DNA from: Lophium mytilinum
Lineage: Eukaryota
Assembly (NCBI GenBank): GCA_010093605.1
Contig: MU004182.1
Location: forward strand, 383,502 to 447,501
Direction: 5' to 3'
Length of the DNA: 64,000 bases
A program made the position numbers and the translations under genes. Shown here in pieces: positions 48,434 through 60,040 of the stretch; positions within the stretch are counted from its first letter, which is position 1, and the number at the start of each line of letters is the position of its first letter. The notes under the pieces were generated by a model that made no database searches, was not told where the DNA came from, and saw nothing but the letters and a program-made list of their open reading frames with translations.

Positions 48434-50667
48434 ATGGCTACAACCCTGCCCTACCGGGATATCAACGTCCATTCGTCTCCATCACACTACGCATTCTCCT
48501 CCCCCTCGTCACCCTCTTCGCCGACCCTAGTTGTAGACCGGCCTTCTGGGGATCTTAGATTGCATGATGGGAAGTTGCTGGGTTCGAAGCGCGTTTCTAG
48601 CATAGCTGGCATCTTGGGCATAATTAAGCTTCGATTAGGTATAGACATTGGCCTCAATACTGTACCTGTTGCTCACCCACTCTCTCAGACAAATATGTCA
48701 TTGTCATCACAAAAGCACAGCCTATGGGCAGGATCAAGGGGCATATGATATACAAAGTCATCACCACCGAATTCCTGCCCCTCCGCGAACGCCCTCTGCA
48801 CGACCACGACGAGGACACGTATCTCACATTGCTCAAGACCTTACTCAAGACCTCGCCCCTCTACTTCTCCTACTCGTTCGATATCACGAACAGCTTTCAG
48901 CGACAAGCGCAAGCCGACCCCTCCACCCCTTTCTGGAAACGCGCCGACGATCGATTCTTCTGGAACAGGTTCGTGCAGACGGATCTGATAGATTTCCGAG
49001 CTGGCGGAGGCAGCGGCTATGGATACAGACACTCCCTCGGGCCGCAGCCAGCTGTTGACCCCTATATCCTGCCCGTCATGTACGGGATGATGGAGATTAA
49101 GAACACGTCCATCAAAGGAACCCCTCTGACCTTCATCCTAATTACGAGGCGATCAAGACATAGGGCGGGTACCCGCTACTTCTCTCGCGGTTTGGATGAC
49201 AATGGAAACGTGTCGAACTTTAACGAGACCGAGCAGACCATCATTCTCAATGACCACGCGTCCGGAGGTCTCGGAGGATTTGAGGGCAGCGGTGGATATC
49301 AAAACGGGAAAATAGGCGGATCCGCTGGGAAAGAGGTTCAGGTTCTTGCATATGTGCAAACGAGAGGAAGCGTGCCTGCGTATTGGGCTGAAGTCAACAC
49401 CCTGAAGTATACCCCGAAATTACAGATTCGAGGCGTAGAGAGCGCCACAAATGCCGCGAAGCTGCATTTCGCAGAACAAATCCGGCTTTATGGTGACAAC
49501 TGGCTGGTCAATCTCGTCAACCAGAAAGGTCGTGAGAAGAGGGTGAAGGAAGCTTATGAGCAGATGTTCAACCTTCTTGTCGGAACTTCGTCGGAAAAGA
49601 TTGAATCGGACGGCGCGACAGACGAGAAGTTCCACGTTGTAGAACCAGACGAGAGCAAGGCGGCGTTCGATCGTCTCCACTACGTCTATTTCGACTTCCA
49701 TAACGAGACGAAAGGCCTCCAGTGGCATCGCGCGAAGCTATTGATGCAGCAAATCGAGGGCCCTGTCCTCAAGCATGGCTACTTCCGCGGGGTGGATATG
49801 CCAGGCGACGCCGCTCGCGTTGAAGTCCGTCGCCAGCAGAGCGCTGTTGTCCGCACCAACTGCATGGACTGTCTTGATCGCACAAACGTTGTTCAGAGCA
49901 TGCTTGGCCGGTATATCCTCAGCCGTATGCTCATCGACGTCGGGATCATCACAGAAGGCGAGAACGCAGAAGACGACGCGGCATTCGAATTCCTCTTCCG
50001 CAACATGTGGGCCGACAACGCCGACGTCGTCTCGAAATCCTACTCTGGCACCGGCGCCCTGAAGACCGATTTCACACGGACAGGCCAGCGAACGAAGGCG
50101 GGCATGCTCCAAGATCTTAACAACTCAATCACCAGATACGTGAAGAACAACTTCATGGACGGGCCACGCCAAGATGGATTCGACCTCTTCTTAGGCACGT
50201 ATCTGCCATCCGACTCCGGCATCGGCAGCATGCTCCACTTCGTCGACCGGAGGCCTCTCTTCATCCAATCGATCCCATACATTCTCGCTGCCAGCATATT
50301 CTTCGTTCTCGTCGGCTCGCTTACCCGCAGAGCCCCTGAGGCCACAGTCTGGCCGCTCCGAGTACTCATGCTCATCTTCCTTGGTGTGGCGGCCGCATCG
50401 CTAAATTTCATTTGGTCGCACGGCACTCTTTACGTGAGTTCGGTTTCCATCTCGCTACTGCAGGTTGCGAAATCGCCAGAGCTAACGATCTCTTAGGTGA
50501 ACTGGCCCAAACTCAACACACCACCATGGGGCATCGAAGGCTACCAGGACGCTTTGACGCACGTCCAGCAGAATCCCGTGATCGGCCCGCTGGTTGGCAG
50601 ACACGAGCGAGGCAAGAGTGACGCCAGGCTGGGCTTCTTGGAAGAAGGCAAGAAGAGAATTGAGTGA
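48434..50667 (+). CDS. SAC1: Phosphoinositide phosphatase Sac1
   Basis: GILGIIKL, LYFSYSFDITNS, DDRFFWN, RAGTRYFSRG, QTRGSVP, catalytic RTNCMDCLDRTNVVQ, two C-terminal TM helices, KKRIE* end; two introns. Confidence 0.95.
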
Positions 50668-51027
50668 AGCTTTAGGATCGAGCCTTATTGTATGCTGAGC
50701 TTGGGTCGTGGGTCTGCTGTGCTTTTTGTATCGGTATGCAACCATATGCTAGCATTGGGAGATTACCCCTTCCTGGGTAATTTTCATTGCTTTCAAACTT
50801 GAGGGTTTAAAAACATGAAATGAGATTCCTAATAAAAACCTCCCATGTCTACCTCCCGTAACGACCGGCTTAATCCTGGTATTATTCCATTCTCTGACTC
50901 AAAAGGCCAGTCCCGACTCACTAGAATCTGGGTAAGGACTGGGCAAATCTACATATGGTATCGTAATGCTGCGCGCCCACGCTAACAAACTCGAACTATT
51001 ACGCCCCCCTTGGAGACATTTGCACAA

Positions 51028-53129
51028 CTATTGCCCCTCCCCTCCACCAACCGGCCGCCGATGGATCGCGGGGCTCACGGGCGCTGGGCTCGCCAGCTCA
51101 GCTTGCGATAGCACGGGACTGACGTTGTAGTGCTGCGGCTGAGGGGGCCCTAGAGCCGGAACATAGACAGGTGCGGCATAGCCTTGCACCGGGGATGCAT
51201 ACTGCTGCTGCAGCGGTGGTAGCGAACCAACGGGCGAGTATGGCTGCGGCACAGCGACGTGCTGGAAATACTGCTGTTGCTGGAAGTGAACTTGATACTG
51301 CGGCCCCTGCGCCGGAGGTATGTATGGCTGTGACGGCGAAGCAATGGGGCTGGGAGCGCCGCTCTGGACAGTGTTATTGTAGTAGTTGAACTGCGGCGGG
51401 GTGGATTGAGGAGGTTGGTGCTGGTGCTCGTTGCTGTTCCTGCGCCGGCGACTGAAGAGGCGGAAGCGGGGGGGTTTGTGAGGGTGGTGTGGGGGGTTGT
51501 TGGTGGGCTGAGTTGAGGGGTCTGTGCCGTTCTGGTTGGGAGGGGGGTCGGCTTGGTTGGGGTGGTGTTGCGAGGGGTCTGTATTGCTGTGATTGGGAGG
51601 GGTGTCTGCTTGGTTAGGGTGAGATGGGTCCAGTTGATTTGGGTGAGAGGGGTCTAATTGATTTGGATGGGAAGGGTCCGATTGATTTGGGTGAGATGGA
51701 TCAGTTTGAGGAGGAACATTGTTTGGATCTGTCTCATTTGAATGATAAGGGTCCATGTGATTGGGATGTTGTTGCGAGGGGTCGGCTTGATTGGGGTAGT
51801 TTTGGTAGCTCGGGTAAGAGCTTGTCTGGACCATTGGTTGCTTATAAGAAGACGGATCCGTCATGGGTGGGTTATTGGGGGTATATGCTGGCGGTGCTGC
51901 CCCTGAGCTCCCGATTCCAGGAATGCTCTTCCAGTATTTCCACAAGAAGAATGATCCAGCGCCGAGGAGACCAACTAATAATGGTACTGCAATGCCAATT
52001 CCGGCCTTTGCACCTTTGCTAAAACCAGACGAACGCACGGAAGCTAGCGTGCAGTTTTGGATAGGAATGGAGGAGTTGACGCCGACGATGAACAGCGCGC
52101 CTTTCTGGCCCGAGTCTCCCGTGATCTTGAGCTGCAAATCTCCGTCTGAGGCCGCGGTCACAACGAGGTCTTCGGGATAGCCGTATGAAGATATGGATGC
52201 CGTTCCAAGCGTCTTCCCGTTGGCATCGTTAGCTGTAGCAGTGAGATCCCCCGCATTCACGCTCGTGATCTGGAACGTGAGCTTCTCCTTGGCTTCTGCT
52301 GTATATGTCAAGGTATTCGACCCCGAGCTGTCCATGACGGATGCAATAGAGAGGCCGTTGACAAGGGTACTAGCACTGTTCGACGAGGGGTTGTCGTTAC
52401 CAGTCAGACCATGAACGATCATCAGATTAACGAAGGAGTTCTGCGCCGTTGCGCCGTCAATCGTCGCATACATCCCGCCGGTTCCCAAGATAGCCGTAAG
52501 CACCTCCGGGTCTTGATATGATGCATCATAGGTCAGGAACCCGAAGGAAACACGTACCCCGAGCTGGCCACATTTGTTGATGGAGTCGATCAGCGTGGCA
52601 GTATCAGAGTCTGATCCGTCGGTCAGAACGACGATTCCGGATCGATTTGAGGTGGGATCATGGCCGGCTTTCGTAAGCTCGTTTGTCGCCATATCGACAC
52701 CGCCAGCGATGTATGTACCTCCCATGGAGTCGATTAGCTTGAAGGTATCTTCCGCGCCCGACGGATCTCCCAGCGGATATAGGAGCGTTGCGACATCGTC
52801 GAAATCGACCACGGTGACTAAATCCTCCTTCTTGCTGCCACTGGCCTCTTTGGAGGTGACAAGCCAGTCGTTGATCTGCTCACCCGCGAGAATGCGAAGG
52901 TTGTAAGGATCAGTATCGTACATAGAACCTTCCGAGATTGAATAAGCTTGACGAATCTCTACATATAAGTTGGAATCTAACCGGAGGAATCAATGACGAT
53001 GCCGATCTTGCGCCCTCCATTGTTAGCATCAGCTTTGAGATTTTTGCAAGTGGGTTGACCGCGGGGAACGAGAGGCGATGCTGAAACGATAGCTGCCAGC
53101 GACAGGCCGGCGACAAAGTTGAGCTTCAT
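51028..53129 (-). CDS. Single-pass membrane protein with extracellular vWA domain and Pro/Gln-rich tail
   Basis: Signal peptide MKLNFVAGLSLAAIVSA, MIDAS IVIDSSG|SM (split by an intron), GGT and IVVLTDG, TM GAKAGIGIAVPLLVGLLGAGSFFLW. Confidence 0.8.
51601..51710 (-). repeat. 24-bp coding tandem repeat (DPSHPNQx, 4 copies)
   Basis: TDPSHPNQSDPSHPNQLDPSHPNQLDPSHPNQAD in the vWA protein tail, with degenerate copies on both sides. Confidence 0.8.
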
Positions 53130-54906
53130 GATGGGCAGACAGCGGTGCGAAGTTGGCGCAGCGTAACAGCATATGGGGCGAGAAGGTGGCATAATAACTA
53201 CACAGCAGCCAAAAGGCTCTCATCTGCCAAGAAGCTCAGGCTTCAGCCGTACCTAGTCGATGGAGTGCGAGAGCTTGGGCAGCTCGCTCCCACATGCCCA
53301 TGGTGGAGGTTTTGGATAAGGCACTCGCTAGGCGCTCGTGATGAAAGTTTGCTTCTGCAGCAGACGAGCCAATTGAGGTCCATGTCAAGAAGATACGGTG
53401 CGAGTGGCGGATCCCACAATGCGTGAATGGCTCGCGTCGTAGTGTCGTGGTGTGAACTGGCCGAATCAGGGGTCAGTGAGGTTTTCAGCCCTAAATTGCC
53501 AAGTAGGCCCCGAACTCTCCACTCTGCGCCTCCAGCAAGGCTGCATGTCGAGACCGGCCGGGCCGCAGAAATACGAAGTAACCTCCAGCCAGCCATGTCG
53601 GCATGCCGAGCTGCGGAGGGGCTGTGCTGTCGCCGTCCCGTATCTAGACTGATGAAAGCGAGGTTGAGATGCTGGCATTCAGATAGCAAGAGTAGATCCC
53701 AAGCCGAAGACAGAGAAGCGCCGAGCGGAGAGAAGCCAAAATGATCCGATGTTGGCATGTTATTCCTTCCATCAAACCTTATTGCTACTCCTTGCTATCC
53801 TCCACCAAACGCCCTTCATACGCGAGTCAACTCTATCATCTCTTGCCCAAACCTCCTCCGAGATGGAGATTCTAACTCAAAACGCGTGCACTAGGTCATG
53901 CGCTCGGAGCATACATGAGAAATGTCGCCAAGGACTGGGCGTCCTCAGCTGCTTCGCAATCGGTTGGATGGAATTGGGCCGTAGTTCGCGAAAAAGGAAT
54001 ATTTTCTTCGTAAGCAACAATTACGTAGTGCTTCTTCTCATTCTGTCTGTTTGATTCCAGCCTGTTTGCATATGCTGTCTTCCGTCTAGCCAATTGTTCT
54101 CTAGCCCGGTCACTTTCTGCGCTGGGATGTAGAGGGCCCTTGAACGCTACATACCCTACAAGTCCTCATTATCTGACTGACTGCAAGTTATATCAAGTTG
54201 TGATATATCTAATAAATATATAGCTTTATGCTTTAAGGAAATGATGGCGGACCCAGTGAGCAGCTCAGTCACGTGAGTTCACGTGATCTTGATTGTATCC
54301 ATAATCATCTCTAAGGAAGTGGCCTAGTTATAGTGCGGCTACTACAAAGGTAATAAGTATCAAAGCTCGAGTCTACAAAGAGTAAGCAGCTTGTTGGCAT
54401 ATTTACTTGCCGAAGACGCAGGTACCAGCTGCCGCTAAGAATCAAGGGGTCATCGTTCCGTCACCGGCATTGTGCAAATTCCATGACAAAACTTTAGTTC
54501 TAGACTCATGGATCGACTTCAAGGTAGATCCCAGACTATTGATTTAATCCCGGGGAATTCTCATGCGTTTCATTGGCAAAATCCTGCTCCGAGGTCAATT
54601 GCTTGCCGGGTCCGCCTCCGCAAAACTCGCGACGTCCCGCGGAGAGCGGGTCCACGCGGATTTAATGCATCATTTATCTAGCTGGTCCCTTCTAGTCTCG
54701 TCATGAAGTCACTCAAACCTTCAAGTTTCTGCTGTACTCGCGTCCACCTAGCATGTAGCCTTGTTTCCATGGCCATCCGACCGTGCCGAGATTTCGTAAT
54801 GGATTTAATGTCTTAGAGGGTTGCCTCCTCCCAAAAATGTATAATCCGTGCCATTTCCTGCTTTTCTTCCAGCATCACTCTTTGGAATTTTCGACCAAAT
54901 TTCAAT

Positions 54907-56487
54907 ATGATTGCGAAGACCTTTGTCACGTCGGCCTGCTTCGCGGTATTTGCAGTCGCGCTCCCTAACCCTCAGGTCCCAGGATACACTGATGACGATA
55001 CGCCATTTGTGCAGACTCCTTACCCTGTGAGCAGTTTGGCAACCTCTTTCGGCCCAGATTCTCAGGTTCCCGCTACGGCGACTTCGGATGCGTCGCCCCC
55101 TCCTCTCGTGAGCAGGTATGTACATTTGCCCACACTACTCATAGTTTGTGCTCATTGAATGTAGTGATTTCACTGGCGCTACAAGCCATGGCCCGTTTAG
55201 TGGAACTCCGACCATCACTGGAGCTGCAAATGCTCCTACCACTTTAGCCTCCGAGGTTGCCCCCATGCCACTGAACCCAACGGCAACATACTACAACACC
55301 AATGGGCTACCACAAAACCCGGCGCCTGCCCCATACACGCCTAATGGTATGTATCAGTGCCCCAAGATATAGAATCTTGCTGACCTTTGACAGGTGGATT
55401 GGGAACAAACGGATCTTTGCCCCGTTACATGGTCAACAGTGATTTTGACTACGAATCCATCGCGCTTGGTCTCTACCAGGAATGGATCGAGCTCGATCTT
55501 TTCAATAACGGCCTCGCCGTCTTCTCGGAAGCGGATTTCCTTTCCGCCGGCCTGACTGCTGAAGACCGCTCTTATATTGCATTCATGGCCCAGCAAGAGG
55601 AAGGCCATGCTACCCTCTTAACGAATATGCTCGGCGAGACCGCCCCGGTGCAGTGTACATACAACTATCCCTTCGAGACGGTCCGCGAGTTTATCGACTT
55701 CAACCAGAAGCTGACTCGCTGGGGCGAATCCGGTGTCTGGGGTTTCATCAACCACCTTGACTCCCGAGAAGTTGGCCAACTGCTCGCGCAATCTATTGCA
55801 ACTGAGGCGCGCCAGCAGATGTCTTTCCGCCAGATGCTCGGTCTCCACCCAATGCCAGTCTGGTTTGAGACTGGTATTCCGCAGTCGTGGGCTTGGTCTT
55901 ACCTCGCCCCGTACATCAGCTCTTGCCCAGCCAACCAGACACGGCTGGCATGGCAAAATTTCCCAGCGCTGCACATCATCAACCAGCCGAACCCGAACCG
56001 TTTCTCGCCGAACGACACCAAGGCGAACGAGGTCGTGGGCAATCGCACCGGCGATCCATCGGACTCGCTGATCCCGTCTGAGGAGAGTTGTGTCAACCTG
56101 AATGTTACTGGTGTTGGCTGCGGTCCTGCTATCGCTCGCAACCGCTCGGAGCCTTTGTCTTTCCCTGGCAAGATGGTCAACTTCACCTGGGATGCGCCTG
56201 GCTCGGCTGTTGGGCCAAACAACAGTTATGTCACGTCTACTAGTGCTGGCAACCCCACGTTTGTGGCCTGGGTCGCTCAGCTCAATTTGACGTACACTCC
56301 TCTTACTGTCACGGGCAACAACTCCGGTTACACGTATCAGCCTGCTGGTCATGTCTATGGAGATGATGGTGCTGTCAACGGGACTATGTTTGTAGCGCTT
56401 ACGGACTCGGATCTGTTCCTGACGCCCTTCAACTTGTCGATGATCAATCCGCATGTTAGGGCTTTGGGGCTTTACCAGGCTGGTTAA
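54907..56487 (+). CDS. Secreted Rds1-like ferritin-fold protein
   Basis: Signal peptide; SDFDYESIALGLYQEWIELDLF, QQEEGHATLL, QKLTRWGESG, ATEARQQMSFRQ; introns about 55116-55164 and 55347-55393. Confidence 0.82.
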
Positions 56488-56996
56488 GTGTGGGTTTGAT
56501 AGAAGCTGCATTGAAGAACGAAGGAGAAAAATGGAGAAAAGCGGGAAGTCGGGAGACTGTAATATAATTACGACAGAAGAACTATAATATAATGAGCCAT
56601 GTGTCTGTAGTAGTCCTGTACTCCAAGATACATTGATTTGACGTCCAGTTGTATACAGCATTCAAGTGCAGCTTGTCGTACTTCGATCTGGTCCAAAGAA
56701 ATTAGACCCTCAGGTCACACTCCCGATCTTCATACGCCTATCTGGCACTACCTGAAGTCCGAATCGGCTTCATCAATCATTCAAAGCATCAGAGCCATAT
56801 CTTGTTCAGACTTACAGCTGACGATTGAGGCGCGCCGGACAGTGGCATACTAAATTAGTACGCGTCTCTGCGTGACCACTCACATCACTTCACTCATTCC
56901 GAATCGAGTGAAAGCATTGATGAAGATTTAGCTATATCCAAAACCAAATAACTGAACTACAACCAATACACAACTTCAAACCTGGTCACTCCACTC

Positions 56997-58253
56997 ATGC
57001 AAACAATGGATTTCACTTCCGAACCCGATGATTCCTTCTTTGCTACGCTGGAACATGCCCATTACTTCGACCATGTCACGTGGGCGTCTAATCCTTCCAA
57101 TTTCGAGACGGCCTCACGGGCCTTCGTATGGCACGACGCCGATGTGGCAGGCCTGCTCCAGATGAATTCCGAATCCTTAACCACCACGACGCTCGTGCCG
57201 TCCTCCACACCACGAGCCAAAATCAACTACCCAACCTTCCCCACCGACGATGCCGCCGCCAACGTCCTGCGCCCGCTCCAGCATGGCGCATCGCAATCCC
57301 CCAGAACCCCCAATCTGGACCCTTCTTTAGATGTGCCCTCCCCAAGTGCTAAGAAGCACCGTAATCACGACAAAACCGCCCCCAATGCCCTCCCCCACCC
57401 CTCTCTCGTCCATGGCAACTACGACATGCTTCCGCCTCCCGCCAGCACACACGCTACCTTCACCGTGCTGCACGACTTCGCGCAGGACTACGCCTCCCAC
57501 CACGGCTACGCCTTCGCCATCAACACCACCGCCAAGAATCGCAGCCGCATCAAGCTAACCTGCGTGTGCTACGGCGTCGCGAAGAACACGCACAAGCTCA
57601 CGCCCGAGACGCGGGTGCGCAAGAACCGGCAGAGCGCCAAGACGGACTGCAAGATGTGGATTGAGGGCAGGCGGCTGGACGACGGGAGCTGGGCGCTGCG
57701 GGTTGGCGAGCCGGCGCATAATCATGCGGGCAGGCCGGCGAAGGGGTGGGCGGTGCAGCGGAAGAGGACGTGGGGCGCGCAGGGGGGGAAGGTTGGGGTT
57801 GGGGGGGTTATTGCGAGGGAGGAGTTGGAGGTTGCAAGGCGGAGGGGGATCGTGTCGCCGTCGCTGGGGTATGCGCAGGAGGTGGCTGTACCGCAGGCAC
57901 CGCGAGAGGATGGAGCTGTCGTGAGTCCTCCGGCGGCGACAGTGTCTCCGTTTATCCTCGACCCGCACTCCCATGCCCGTGGCAGCTTGGTTTGGAAGAT
58001 TGTGGAGCAGGAGATGGAGCGGAGGGGCGAGAATGAAGGCCGGGATCGCGGTTGTGGACGGACGGTCAAGGCGCTTCAGGAGCGGCTCCCGGGTATCGAG
58101 ATCTTCAAGCGCGATGTGTATAACATTCGTGCACAGATCAAACGGACGCGAAAGGACGCTGGAGTTGCGTCTTCTCCGTCGAGTTCCCTTCACAACCAGG
58201 ATCTGAATGATGACGGCGAGCCCAATCTGGACCCGATCTATACTTCGGCTTAG
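56997..58253 (+). CDS. FAR1/Mutator-type (WRKY-GCM1 fold) DNA-binding protein without DDE domain
   Basis: FAQDYASHHGYAF...LTCVCYG...SAKTDCKMWI...WALRVGEPAHNH, later KRDVYNIRAQIKR, then a stop before any catalytic domain. Confidence 0.75.
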   Translation: MQTMDFTSEPDDSFFATLEHAHYFDHVTWASNPSNFETASRAFVWHDADVAGLLQMNSESLTTTTLVPSSTPRAKINYPTFPTDDAAANVLRPLQHGASQSPRTPNLDPSLDVPSPSAKKHRNHDKTAPNALPHPSLVHGNYDMLPPPASTHATFTVLHDFAQDYASHHGYAFAINTTAKNRSRIKLTCVCYGVAKNTHKLTPETRVRKNRQSAKTDCKMWIEGRRLDDGSWALRVGEPAHNHAGRPAKGWAVQRKRTWGAQGGKVGVGGVIAREELEVARRRGIVSPSLGYAQEVAVPQAPREDGAVVSPPAATVSPFILDPHSHARGSLVWKIVEQEMERRGENEGRDRGCGRTVKALQERLPGIEIFKRDVYNIRAQIKRTRKDAGVASSPSSSLHNQDLNDDGEPNLDPIYTSA

Positions 58254-60040
58254 GGCCGTGGCGTGTGAGGTCCCGGCCAGTTCCAGAGTTTTCCAAATAT
58301 GATATCTATCCTGCTCGGGTTTATGAAACATGCTGAAATTCCTACCTGCAGTGACAAGACGTTGTATGCAGACATATGAGAGCTAACATAGTCTAACATT
58401 GTAAGCTTGTGATCTTCAGATCAAAAGTATGTTCCTTTCCTCCTGGTCGTATCTCTAAAGAGTATCAGGGTCTTTCTCCAAGCGGTATCGCAGCCCTCAC
58501 CATTCTCATCCCCCATCTTGCTTTTCAAGCACCTCGTAGTCCTCTCCCAATCTATCACCTAGAACAACCCCCCGTCAACCACCACCAACATTCCCCACAC
58601 CACCCTCTTCGCCCATCCCCCATGACCCAACACTACCAGCTCCTCCTTCCCTTTCCCCCGCAACAGCATCTACCTCTCCTCCGAAAGCCTCCCCTCACAG
58701 CTCTCCTCTTACGTTTACATAATCCAACGCCACCCCTCCCCCTTCCCCGTACTACACGGGGCCGATCCAACCTCGGTTTTCCGAACCATCGATAAGACAA
58801 ATTCACTACCTCCACAACCGCCCCACCAGCCCACCCCTCCCCTCGCCATTGCCAGAAACCGGAGATCCTAACTTTTTCCACTACAAACACGGCGATGTAG
58901 GAATCCGAGAGGAGAGACTATATTGCTAGTTGTCACGGTTATAGGAGGCACGATCACACGCGAGCCGTGCTAAGCGTGTGATATCGTTTAAGCAACTCTG
59001 ACTAACCACGCTGCTTCGTTCTAGCTTCAACCCTTAGCGTATAGGCGGGGTTAGGTCGTGCAGAGTTGCGGATACAGGTCGTGGTGGATGCAGCGTAGAT
59101 TGCTGAATCCGAGTTGCAGTGTGCTCAGCACTAGTAGGATGGGGTAGTAGTGGTAGTGGTGGTGGTGTAGACGCTAGTGGTTCATTCTTCTCTCTTAGAT
59201 CATGGGTCCGGGGGGTGAGGGCAAAGTTATGCAGCGTTGCTCTTGTGCTTGATGTATCGAGATGGGTGGGCGGGTCGATGGCGTTCTGGTTAGTCGTGTT
59301 CAAGGGTTTAGAGCAAAGATGTTTGAGAATGGTTAGGAGTATGGGAAGGTTGGCCCATGGATTGGGGAGGCTGGTGAAGTTTGTAGTACCAGTAGGGGCG
59401 TTGCATTAGTCAAAGAAAGGATACAATTGGGATAGCCGTTAGCAGTAGAGGGTGAAAGGGGCTTTGGGTATGGAGGGTACGAAGACGGGTATTCAAGGCC
59501 CAGATATGAGGCGACGGGAGTCTATGCCTGGAACGTATGCGAGTTGCAGATTCGTGGCCGTATCGTGGGCCCATAATTTCCCAAGAAGAAGTCTCGGCGG
59601 GTATGGATATTGTGGGATTTTACAAGTCCGGTGCTGATACTGCCAAGAGAGCGAGCAACTGGGGTCTGGGGAATTGGTCTATTGGATAGATCTACATAGA
59701 GGGATATAGTGAAACATAGTCCGGAATCTCCTGGAGAAGATTGCCAGTTCGAAAGAAAAGAGGAACAAGAAATGAAGGGAATCCAAAACTTAGGTCGAAA
59801 GCCTAAGACATTCTTGGGTATCTCGGGTATCTAGGGGTAGGTGGGATATGAAAGGTGTTGTGGAAGGAAACAAGCTACAGTGATACACTGATAAAGAAAG
59901 TATCTGACAAATGAAAGGAGGGGGTGGCTAGCGAGTCAAGAGTCCGAGCCTCGCTTTACAGTATAAAATAAGAGTGTTGAATGTAAACACTTGTTCTCTT
60001 GCTTGAAGACTTCAGACCTTGAGAGCCATAGGGATCAAGG

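Noticed and set aside
58400..59700. Short C-rich/G-rich ORFs between the FAR1-like and F-box-like genes
   Set aside because: Possibly gene remnants, but I found no motif or consistent exon structure to support a call.
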